The position numbers and the translations under genes are program-made. A model generated the notes under the pieces. The model was not told where the DNA came from, did no database searches, and was given only the letters and a program-made list of their open reading frames with translations. From Eledone cirrhosa (lineage: Eukaryota), in the NCBI GenBank assembly GCA_964016885.1, contig OZ024749.1:17794001-17858000 (forward strand): 64,000 nucleotides of DNA, given 5' to 3'. How positions within the stretch are numbered: position 1 is the stretch's first letter; each line of letters begins with the position of its first letter. Positions 26,115 to 37,214 of the stretch are shown here, in pieces.

Positions 26115-28064
26115 TCAGTGATATGGTTTCTTACATCTGTGTATATGTCTGTGTCTAGATAAATGACTACTTACAGAGAATGATTTACCACAGATGTCAC
26201 ATTGATATGGCTTGCCTCCTGTATGTATAGCTAAGTGTTCAGTTAAGGTACTACTTTGAGAGAATGATTTACCACAGACATCACAGTGATATGGCTTCTC
26301 ACCTGTATGTGTACGTTTATGACTAGTTAAGGCAATACTTACAGAGAATGATTTACCACAGATATCACGATGATATGGCTTGTCTCCTATATGTATATGT
26401 TTGTGTCTAGTTAAGTCACTACTTCGAGCGAATGATTTACCACAGATATCACAGTGATATGGTTTGTCTCCTGTATGTATATGTTTGTGTCTAGTTAAGT
26501 CACTACTTTGAGTGAATGATTTACCACAGATATCACAGTGATATGGTTTGTCTCCTGTATGTATATGTTTGTGTCTAGTTAAGTCACTACTTTGAGCAAA
26601 TGATTTACCACAGATATCACAGTGATATGGTTTGTCTCCTGTATGTATATGTTTGTGTCTAGTTAAGTCACTACTTTGAGTGAATGATTTACCACAGATA
26701 TCACAGTAATATGGCTTGTGTCCTGTATGTATATGTTTGTGTCTAGTTAAGTCACTACTTCGAGAGAACGATTTACCACAGATATCACAGTGATATGGCT
26801 TGTCTCCAGTATGGGTATGTATGTGAGTAGTTAAGGCACTACCATCAGAGAATGATTTACCACAGATATCACAATGATATGGCTTGTCTCCTGTATGTAT
26901 ACGTTTATGGGTAGTTAAGGTACTGCTATCAGAGAATGATTTACCACAGATATCACAGTGATGTGGCTTGTCTCCTGTATGTATATGTTTGTGTCTAGTT
27001 AAGTGACTACTTGCAGAGAATGATTTACCACAGATATCACAGTGATATGATTTCTCTCCCGTATGGGTACGTTTGTGTCTAGTTAAGGTGGTACTATAAG
27101 AGAATGATTTACCACAGATATCACAATGATATGGCTTGTTTCCTGTATGTATACGTTTGTGGATAGTTAAGGTACTACTATCAGAGAATGATTTACCACA
27201 GACATCACAGTGATATGGCTTGTCTCCTGTATGTATACGTTTGTGTCTAGTTAAGTGACTACTTGCAGAGAATAATTTACCACAGATATCACAGTGATAT
27301 GATTTCTCTCCCGTATGGGTACGTTTGTGTCTAGTTAAGGTGGTACTATAAGAGAATGATTTACCACAGATATCACAATGATATGGCTTGTTTCCTGTAT
27401 GTATACGTTTGTGGATAGTTAAGGTACTACTATCAGAGAATGATTTACCACAGACATCACAGTGATATGGCTTGTCTCCTGTATGTATACGTTTGTGTCT
27501 AGTTAAGTGACTACTTGCAGAGAATAATTTACCACAGATATCACAGTGATATGATTTCTCTCCTGTATGGGTACGTTTGTGTCTAGTTAAGGTGGTACTA
27601 TCAGAGAAAGATTTACCACAGATATCACAGTGATACGGTTTGTCTCCTGTATGGGTACATTTGTGTCTAGTTAAGGTACTACTTGCAGAGAATGATTTAC
27701 CACAGATATCACAGTGATATGGCCTCTCACCTGTGTGTATACGTTTGTGTATAGTTAAGGTACTACTTGCAGAGAATGATTTACCACAGATATCACAGTG
27801 ATATGGCCTCTCTCCTGTATGTATACGTTTGTGTTTAGTTAAGGTACTACTATCAGAGAATGATTTACCACAGATATCACAATATGGCTTCTCTCCTGTA
27901 TGTATAACTTTGTGAGTAGTTAAGGTACTACGATTATTGAATGATTTACCACAGATATCAGAGTGATATGGCTTCTCTTCTCTAACCTTTGTCATCTCAC
28001 CAGGAATACTAAATACATTAGATTGTGTTTCACATTTAATCTTCTCAGTCAACATATTTTCCAT
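26115..28064 (-). CDS. Tandem C2H2 zinc-finger protein, 649 aa, 22 fingers (2 lack the first Cys), no recognisable effector domain
   Basis: Open ORF with 84-bp repeats of [10 protein letters not shown].....L..H...HTG(E/D)KP. Confidence 0.95.
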   Translation of the reverse strand: MENMLTEKIKCETQSNVFSIPGEMTKVREEKPYHSDICGKSFNNRSTLTTHKVIHTGEKPYCDICGKSFSDSSTLTKHKRIHTGERPYHCDICGKSFSASSTLTIHKRIHTGERPYHCDICGKSFSASSTLTRHKCTHTGDKPYHCDICGKSFSDSTTLTRHKRTHTGEKSYHCDICGKLFSASSHLTRHKRIHTGDKPYHCDVCGKSFSDSSTLTIHKRIHTGNKPYHCDICGKSFSYSTTLTRHKRTHTGEKSYHCDICGKLFSASSHLTRHKRIHTGDKPYHCDVCGKSFSDSSTLTIHKRIHTGNKPYHCDICGKSFSYSTTLTRHKRTHTGEKSYHCDICGKSFSASSHLTRHKHIHTGDKPHHCDICGKSFSDSSTLTTHKRIHTGDKPYHCDICGKSFSDGSALTTHIHTHTGDKPYHCDICGKSFSRSSDLTRHKHIHTGHKPYYCDICGKSFTQSSDLTRHKHIHTGDKPYHCDICGKSFAQSSDLTRHKHIHTGDKPYHCDICGKSFTQSSDLTRHKHIHTGDKPYHCDICGKSFARSSDLTRHKHIHIGDKPYHRDICGKSFSVSIALTSHKRTHTGEKPYHCDVCGKSFSQSSTLTEHLAIHTGGKPYQCDICGKSFSVSSHLSRHRHIHRCKKPYH

Positions 28065-28397
28065 GATTTTTTCTTCAACAGAATATACAAATGTTTTACT
28101 TGTAATATTCCTAAAAATATTTCTTCTTCTATATTTCCCTCAACAGTAATTTCAGTTAATATCTGAAGATAATACAAACTTATGTTTCACCCAAGTTTAG
28201 TTAAAATACAAAATCATCTTATAGTGAAGAAAATAAACTCATTTCTGAGGAAATATTTCACAGTAATTGAACTATAGATTTATATAAACAGTGTTATATA
28301 AGTTCTGTTTAAAATGTTTTAGTCTTCAAATAATGATAAATAGAGGTGATGTATCTGAGATTGAAAATAATAATTTATCCCAATGTCATCTGGTATT

Positions 28398-28417
28398 CTG
28401 AAATAAGAAAGAAACAG
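28398..28417 (-). promoter_or_regulatory. Probable splice acceptor for the ZNF coding exon (5'-UTR intron)
   Basis: Minus strand ctgtttctttcttatttcag|aatacc, about 330 bp upstream of the ATG. Confidence 0.55.
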
Positions 28418-28771
28418 TATGAGATAATACAGAATACTTTAGAAGCAGAGATAGATTTAACAGTGGACATTTTATATTTCTATATTGATAAACTGTAGAT
28501 ATAAACTTTCCTGTCCAGAGTAATCCTCTCCAATGTAAACAGTGGTATTCCAGCATGTTCTATAAATTATATCCTTTTATCTCTAGAGAGGTCTGCTCTA
28601 TGGCAGTTTAGTTAAAAATTCATTCTGATAGGACTTTCTAACGTAGCTATCATCTCCTTTCCTGGTGACATGTCAACACCGGTTTAACATATACATATAT
28701 AAATATATATAGACACACACATACACAGACACATATATACATATATACATATATATATGTATATATATATA

Positions 28772-29436
28772 AGCAACTTTTACAAACAACCGCAATGACA
28801 GAGGATGGAGACATTGTTATGCTAGCAGGGGACTTCAATCATCATGTTGGACAGCTCCAGGATGATTAAACTGGGGTACATGGTGGGCACGGTTACGGCT
28901 CAAGAAATGAAGGAGTGAGACTTCTTGAATTTTGTGATGCAAGTACACCGACTATTTGCAACACTAACTTCCAGGCACCTGCCAACCACCTAATAACCTA
29001 CAAATCTGGTGAGCACATAAGCCAGATTGACTTCCTGCAAGTTAGGCAGCGGGACAGGCAGATAGTGTCTAATACCAAGGCATACCCTGGGGAAGAATGT
29101 ACCCCACAGAATAGGTTAGTCGTTAGTGATATCTCAGTAAGCAAGAGATGGAATGAGACATACAGCAAGATGTGTAAAAGAAAGGTCTAGAAGCTAAAAG
29201 ACCTTTCATTAAAATACAAATTTAGGAAAGCCCTTCACGATGTGTATGACGAAAAAGAAGACGATTTAGAGACGTATGACATAGATGATAACTGGAATTT
29301 CTTAAGTGACAACTTACTGCAGGCTACTGATGAAACTTGTGGCTGGAGCAGAGCTCCAACCAGACAGAGAGTGACCTGGTGGTCCCAGCCTTGCAAGCAG
29401 GGAAAAGCGGATGTAAAATGATGATCATGATGATGA
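28772..29436 (+). mobile_element. RTE family C APE fragment joined directly to the family 3' tail
   Basis: Matches 41953-42560, then ccttgcaagcagggaaaagcggatgtaaaatgatga. Confidence 0.9.
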
Positions 29437-29495
29437 TATACATACATATATATACATAAATATATATACACATATATATATACATACATATATAT

Positions 29496-30050
29496 GGTGG
29501 CTGCCAACTCGTTTTCGAGTACGGCCACTACTTTATATCCATGTAGGAGAAATCCTACCGATGCGCTGAATGAGTGTGAGTTCTTAGTCCAGCCAACGAC
29601 TTGAAAACTCTGGTACAAACACTACACTTGTGACAATTATTGACACATAGTGCTGGGCCCATGGAACCATGTGACGACAAGTGCAGAGAGATCTCCAGAT
29701 ATAAAGCCAGTCCCACTCTCTTAACCAAGATGATATTTACCAAAAAGAAGAACAAGTCAACATCATTGGATACCATCAGGGTTGCAGGTGTTATATCGGA
29801 GTTTTCCTTCTCCTGGAATTCTGCCTTGACAAAGGCTAAGGGGTCATCTCTCCCGGTGATTTTGGATGGCCATTGACTCTTAAGAGCTCCTTTGCCCTTT
29901 GACAGGTTTTGTTTTTATTCCTGCAGGATGTCTAAAGTCACCCTCCTCACCAAGAAACCTTGGTGGGGTTGCCAGTTTAGTCGCCAACGACCCGACCATG
30001 AGTCAGGTTGTACTGGGATACATGTTACCAGTAGCACCAACTGGTGACCT
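29496..30050 (-). mobile_element. Internally deleted element of another RTE-like family (5'-UTR-like part plus 3' end with C2H2 finger)
   Basis: CSVCTRVFKSLAGLRTHTHSAH*; 3' end tactcgaaaacgagttggcagccacc then (AT)n; 5' part contains ggagaaggaaaactc. Confidence 0.6.
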
Positions 30051-30051
30051 G

Positions 30052-30078
30052 ACATACATATATATATATATATATATC

Positions 30079-30110
<32 letters not shown>

Positions 30111-30211
30111 CACACACACATATACACATACATATATACATACATATATACACACACATATACACACACATATACACATACATATATATATACATATATA
30201 TATATAAATAT

Positions 30212-30281
<70 letters not shown>

Positions 30282-30282
30282 C

Positions 30283-30314
<32 letters not shown>

Positions 30315-30403
30315 CACACACACATATACACATACATATATACATACATATATACACACACATATACACATACATATATATATACATATATATATATAAA
30401 TAT

Positions 30404-30474
<71 letters not shown>

Positions 30475-30574
30475 TATATACATATACATATATATACACA
30501 TATATATATACATATACATATATATATACATATACACATATATATACATATACATATATATATATATATACATA
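30052..30574. repeat. (AT)n/(ACAT)n microsatellite with an internal ~200-bp higher-order duplication
   Basis: The tatctata...cacacaca...tataaata pattern occurs twice. Confidence 0.9.
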
Positions 30575-30576
30575 TT

Positions 30577-30658
30577 ATGTAGATAAATCTACCAAGAGTT
30601 TACGGTAGTGTCCAATCCGTATGAATATGTATATATATACATATACATATATATATAC

Positions 30659-30693
<35 letters not shown>

Positions 30694-33241
30694 CATATAT
30701 ACATATACATATATATATATACATATATATATATACATGAATATATATATATATGAATCTGCGAGCTACCAAGCACCCACGTGAAGCGCCAACCCAGAGA
30801 CCCTCCCCTACGAGTGTCGACAAATGCCCAAAACTCCGAGTCGGTACCATCAATGTAGGCTCAATGAAAGGAAGAGCAGGAGAAATCGTAGAAATTCTAG
30901 AGCGAAAGGAAATTGATGTATGCTGTGTGCAAGAGACTAGATGGAGAGGAGAGTCTACCAGAGTCCTCGTAGGAAAAAGTCGGTGCTACAAATTTTTCTG
31001 GGTGGGAAATGACGATGGGATGGGTGGTGTAGGTATACTACTAGCTGACAAGTGGGTAGATAAAGTAATCTCAGTGTACAGGGTAAATGCAAGAATCATT
31101 AAACTCAGACTAGTCCTGAATAAAACAATTACCACAATAATATCAGCTTACGCACCCCAATCGGGGCTGTCAGACGAACTTAAGGATAGGTTTTACGAGT
31201 CCCTAATGCACACTACTGCTCTAACAGACGACAACGACTTCCTAATCATCGCAGGAGATTTTAATGGACACGTAGGTAAACACTGCGATGGCTTCAATAG
31301 AGTACATGGAGGCCATGGGGTTGGCACAAGGAATGAGGAAGGATTCAGACTTCTAGAATTCTGCGACGCCAATGACATGTCGATATGTAACACAAACTTT
31401 AAAAAACCCGACAACCACCTGATCACCTATAGATCAGAGGAGCACTCTAGTCAGTTAGATTTTATCCTCATCAGAGGACGTGACAGATGGACGGTCGTAA
31501 ACACAAAAGCCTTCCCTAGTGAGGAATGTACATCCCAACATAGCTTAGTTGTCAGCGACCTCACGGTCAGAACTAGACGAACCCGGAAACAGAGGCCAAC
31601 CTGGAGAAGAAAGATCTGGAAGCTGAAAGTCCCCTCAACCAGTAACAGATTTAAAGATATTTTACTCAACGCCTACGACAGTAAAGAAGAACAGATAGAG
31701 ACATTTAATGTAGAAGAGAACTGGGAGTTCCTAAAAATAATTTATTAGAGGCGACGGATGAGGTCTGTGGCTGGAGTAAGACATCAAGCAGGAGGAGAGT
31801 GACTTGGTGATGAAGCAGTTAAGGCCAAGAGACAGGCATGGAAAGAATGGAAGAACGGGGGGAGCAGGGTACATTACATAGAGACCAAGAGGGAAGCTAG
31901 GCGACAAGTATACTTAGCTAGGAGAGAAGCAGAGGATAGAAAATTCAAGCATGTTTTGCAACGTGAGGACCAGAAACAGGAGGTATTCAAGATTGCGAGG
32001 CAGTGTGTCAGAGATAGTTGTGATGTCATTGGAGAGAAGTGTATCCGGAATGATAAAGGTGAGCTTGACCTCACAAGTGCTGAGAAGAAAGATGCATGGA
32101 AGAGTCATTATGATAGATTACTAAATGAGGAGAATGCATGGGAAGAAGAGACTCTACCCCAAGTAGACCCTATAGAGGGACCAGCAGTACAAGTCAGCAG
32201 CAGCGTAGTAAGTAAGGCAATCAAAGATATGAAGATGGGGAAGGCAACCGGTCCATCGGGTATAGCTGCCGAGATGCTGAAGGCATCTGGGTCTGTAGGT
32301 CACACTATAACCACACGTATCGTTAACCAGGTAATACTAGAAGGTGCCATACCAAAAGATTGGTGCAGTAGCATCATTGTCAACTGCTACAAAGTTAAAG
32401 GCGATGCACTAGATAGAGGAAACTATAGAGGTATAAAGTTGATGGACCAGGTCATGAAAGTAACAGAAAGAGTTATAGCACAGCTGATTAGGGACCGGGT
32501 GAAAATAGACGAGATGCAATTTGGGTTTGTACCAGGATGAGGCACCACTGATGCCCTCTTCCTTGTGAGGCAATTACAGGAAAAGTACCTAGCTAAAAGT
32601 AAGCCACTCTACTTGGCATTTGTCGACCTTGAGAAAGCCTTTGACAAAGTTCCACGTGCTGTAATCTGGTGGGCTCTTAGAAAACTAGGAGTAGATGAAT
32701 GGCTTGTGAAAGCAGTACAAGCCATGTATAGGTGAGCAGTCAGCAAAGTTAGGATTAGCAATGAGTATAGCGAGGAATTTAGCGTACAGGTTGGGGTCCA
32801 CCAGGGCTCTGTTCTTAGCCCTCTCCTGTTCATCATAGTCCTGCAGGCAATAACGGAGGAGTTTAAGACCGGATGCCCATGGGAACTCCTGTATGCTGAT
32901 GACCTCGCACTCATAGCTGAATCTATGGTAGAACTAGAGAATAAATTCCAAACTTGGAAGCAGGGACTAGAAAGAAAAGGTCTCAAAGTCAACATGACAA
33001 AGACTAAGGTCCTTGTAAGTAGACGAGAAAACAGAACCCAGATCCCCTCAGGGAAATGGCCTTGCTCAGTATGTAGGAAAGGTGTAGGTAGGAACTCCAT
33101 TCTCTGCCCCAAATGCAAACAATGGGTACACAAGAGATGTAGCGGGATCTCAGGAAGCTTAATTAAGATGTAGGATACACATGCAGCAGCTGTGCTGAGA
33201 CAGCAAGCAGCAAAAGCGGACGTAAAATGAAATGATGATGA
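30577..33241 (+). mobile_element. RTE family B, 5'-complete, 3'-deleted, capped with a SINE/family C-type tail
   Basis: APE ORF 30753-31748 ([15 protein letters not shown]), RT fragments with stops; aaaagcggacgtaaaatgaaatgatg at ~33212. Confidence 0.93.
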
Positions 33242-33664
33242 AATGTTGATATATACATACATATATATATATATACAAACATATATATACATAAATATAT
33301 ATATACATATATATATAGAAACATATATATACATACATATATACATACATATATATATATACAAACATATATATACATATATATATATATACAAACATAA
33401 ATGGAATAGAATGAAACGAAATTTCATTTCTCACTCTTAGTACGGCACTTACTTAAATGCAAGTATGTATGTATACGTACATACATATATGTATACAGAC
33501 GTACAGTAGCATGTATATATATACATACAGGCACACATATATATATGCACATATCAGTTTACCGAACATTTATGCACTCGATATGCAAATTAGGCTGCTC
33601 AGCCGTTAATTTTCATAAGGAAAGTATATACTTTCGGACGTTCAACCATCTGGCAGAAAGGTAT

Positions 33665-33707
33665 ACGGTGATGACGATAGCTAATAAGCTTGAAACTAGT
33701 ACATCGT
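33665..33707 (+). ncRNA. Minimal hammerhead with C3->A core change
   Basis: acggtg-ATGACGA-tAGCTaataAGCTt-GAA-ACTAGT-A-catcgt. Confidence 0.6.
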
Positions 33708-34106
33708 TCCTGTGTCAGTGTTGAATAAAAAGGTCACGTGGTTGCCTAAACACTGTATGGCGTAATTCAGGCTGTTTGTTTGCTTAAAAACGAACAAACC
33801 GAGCATTATAATAAATGTTCGGTAAACTGATACGTGCATATATATATGTGTGCCTGTATGTATATATATACATGCTACTGTACGTCTGTATACATATATG
33901 TATGTACGTATACATACATACTTGCATTTAAGTAAGTGCCGTACTAAGAGTGAGAAATGAAATTTCGTTTCATTCTATTCCATTTATCGTTTTCGGTGCG
34001 CATGGCCAACTGAACTCACTCGAGATGCAAATTAGGCTTCTCAGCCGTTAATTTTCATAAGGAAAGTATATACTTTCGGATGTTCAACCATCTGGCAGAA
34101 AGGTAT

Positions 34107-34149
34107 ACGGTGCTGACGATAGCTAATAAGCTTGAAACTAGTACATCGT
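34107..34149 (+). ncRNA. Minimal type I hammerhead ribozyme
   Basis: acggtg-CTGACGA-tAGCTaataAGCTt-GAA-ACTAGT-A-catcgt; palindromic helix III; U.U at the base of stem II. Confidence 0.78.
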
Positions 34150-35247
34150 TCATGTGTCAGTGTTGAACAAAAAGGTGACGTGGTTGCCTAAACACTGTAC
34201 GGCGTAATTCAGGCTGTTTGTTTGTTTACAAACGTACAAACCGAGCATTATAATAAATGTTCGGTAAACTGATACGTGCATATATATATGTGTGCCTGTA
34301 TGTATATATATATACATGCTACTGTACGTCTGTATACATATATGTATGTACGTATACATACATACTTGCATTTATACAAACATATATATATATATATATA
34401 TATATATACAAACATATATATACACATATATAGATATATATATACATATATATATATACAAACATATATATATATACATATATATATACATATATAGATA
34501 TAGATATACAAACATATATATATATACATATATAGATATATATATATATATACATTTTTTCTCTCTCGTCTACGATTTCACAGAACTTATGTTTACCGAA
34601 TTCGCAGACCAGACCCCTTCTTCCTCCCGTTAGACCTGTGCGAAATTCCTTCCTTGCTCACATTTCAACCAGGTTTGATGGTCTTTATTCTCTCGTTCAC
34701 GATTTCACCGAACTTAAATTCATAGAAATCTGGGACTTGTCTCCTTCTTCCTCACTTTCTGTTGCCTCACCATTTTGTTTGTTTACTCTCGCGTCCCCTT
34801 TATTTACGTGTCCCAACGACTTTTTTTAGCCGTTGCTCGCACCAACCGGAGGTATATGGTCTTTAAAGCGATGAAATGCCTATGATAGTTGGAAGATCAC
34901 TGATGAAGGACAAACTTTTTTCATATATATATATATACATATATATCTATATATACATATATAGATATATATATATAGATACATATATATATATATACAA
35001 ACATATATATATATACCTATATATATACAAACATATATATATATACAAACATATATATATATATATATACATATATATTAATTCAAAATATTAATATAGA
35101 CATTCATGTAATCAAATATATTTTATTATATATATTAATATTTTGAATTAATATTAATAACTCCATAAAACTTTTTTGTTGAGTGCTTCTAATCTATTGT
35201 AAAACTATTTTCATTGATTAATCAATGAACCTTCTTTAAATTTTGGT

Positions 35248-35288
<41 letters not shown>

Positions 35289-35309
35289 GTATATATATAT
35301 ATATATATA

Positions 35310-35587
35310 TCAGACCGGGTGATGTGTTGTTTCCTTGAGCAAGACACTTTATTTCACATTGCTTCAGTTTACTCAGCCGTAGAAATGAGATGATAGGGAC
35401 AGGAGTCCCTATCATTCCACTACAAAGTGGTCGTGGAGGTGCCACGGCAAAAAAGCACCCAGCACTCACTGTAAATGAGGTTGGTGTTAGGAAGAGCATC
35501 CAGCTGTAGAAATCAAGCCAGACTCAGTTCTCGTCCCACCCTTGCAGGCAGGGAAAAGTGGACGTAAAATGAAATGCTGATGATGAT
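35310..35587 (+). mobile_element. 5'-truncated CORE-type SINE
   Basis: Matches 8073-8352. Confidence 0.88.
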
Positions 35588-35601
35588 ATTCATATATATG
35601 T

Positions 35602-35664
<63 letters not shown>

Positions 35665-35769
35665 TATGTATACATATATATATACATATATATGTATATA
35701 TGTATACATACATATATATATATATATACACATATATATATACATATATATATATATATATGTATATAT

Positions 35770-36071
35770 AAGCTGAAGCATATAGACAATATGCCCCCAC
35801 ACCCCCCACTGCAAGGTGGTCGTGGAGGTGCCACGGCAAAAAAGGACCCAGCCCACACTGTAAAGTGGACGTGTAGGCGCCACAAAAAAGCACCCAGCAC
35901 TCATTGTAAATGAGGTTGGTGTTAGGAAGGGCATCCAGCTGTAGAAATCAAGCCAAATCAGTTCCTGTATGAGCAAGGCATGGTCAGCCGACCAGACACT
36001 GCTCACAACAGGACAACCCGTCTAACCCATGCTAGCGTGGAAGAACGGACGTAAAACGGTGATGATGATGA
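35770..36071 (+). mobile_element. RTE family B 3' UTR only
   Basis: Matches 11524-11830. Confidence 0.9.
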
Positions 36072-36096
36072 TATGTATACATACATATATATATAC

Positions 36097-36127
<31 letters not shown>

Positions 36128-36268
36128 CATATATATATACATATATATATACATACATATATACACATACATATATATGTATACATATATATACATACAT
36201 ACATATATATGCATACATATATATATACTTACATATATATACATACATATACATATATATATATATAC

Positions 36269-37125
36269 ATCATCATCATTTAACGTCCATCTTCCACACT
36301 TGCATGGGTTTGGACGGGAGTTTTCCCACTTGAGGCAAGATTTGTTGTCCTGCTCATATAGGACTGTCTGGCGGGTTTTCTATGGCTGGATGCCCTTCCT
36401 AACACCAACCACGTTTACAGTGTGGACTAGGAGGTTTTAACCGTGTTGCCTACACGGCCACATTACAGCGTGGACTGTGTTTTTTTGTTGTTGTGACAGC
36501 TACACGATCTCATTTGTTTCGGACTGGATCTTGTGGTACCAACATAACTTCACATTTAAGGGTGAGGTGTGGGTGAGGTGGGGGTAGTGGGACGGGGTTG
36601 TATTTTGTTAGAGTTGCCTACTGACTGTAGGTTTCACTTTGTACTTAGGCAAGGCGGGTCTACTGTATGACTGTGTAGCACCAAAGATCTCGGTCCAGTG
36701 ACATTGTCTTGGAGAGGTGTAAGTGTGTGAGGTCGGAATTTATCAAGTCGTCCCAGGTTTTTCTAGGTCTGCCTACTCCGTGGCTACCGTCTATTTTTAT
36801 CGCCCTGCACTTTTTTATACAGCTGTCGTCTTTCATGCGCATCACGTAACCGTACCAACGTAGTCTTCTTTCGAGTAAACAACATCTGCTCCCTCTTGTT
36901 CCTAATTTCTCCCTTGGTTTGTTTATGCTTTGCCGTTCACGTATATTACTATTACACATCCAGCGGAGCATGCAGGCTTCGTTTCTCTCCAGTCTGCGTA
37001 TATCCTCTGCACACAATGCCCATGTTACATTGCTGTTCGTATGCAGGCATCATACATACATATATATGTATTGTAACTGCCATGTCTCACTGCCATGTAA
37101 CATTGTTGTACGCATGCAAGCATCA
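36269..37125 (-). mobile_element. RTE family A 3' end with a short duplicated 5' junction
   Basis: ORF 36660-37016 is the RT C-terminus; 3' UTR and tail present; the YDAC.RT.MLHG segment appears twice, separated by (AT)n. Confidence 0.9.
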
Positions 37126-37214
37126 TACATACATATATATGTATACATATATATATACATATATATATATATACATACATATATACATATATATATATAC
37201 ATACATATATACAT

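Larger units (their letters stand above)
33397..34374 (+). mobile_element. Penelope-type pLTR arrangement (inverted copy plus tandem direct repeat)
   Basis: 33397-33573 is the reverse complement of 33811-33987; 33575-33930 is repeated at 34017-34374; each direct copy holds a hammerhead motif. Confidence 0.8.

Noticed and set aside
34895-34920. CTGATGAAGGAC possible hammerhead start
   Set aside because: Cut off by a microsatellite; no GAAA strand.
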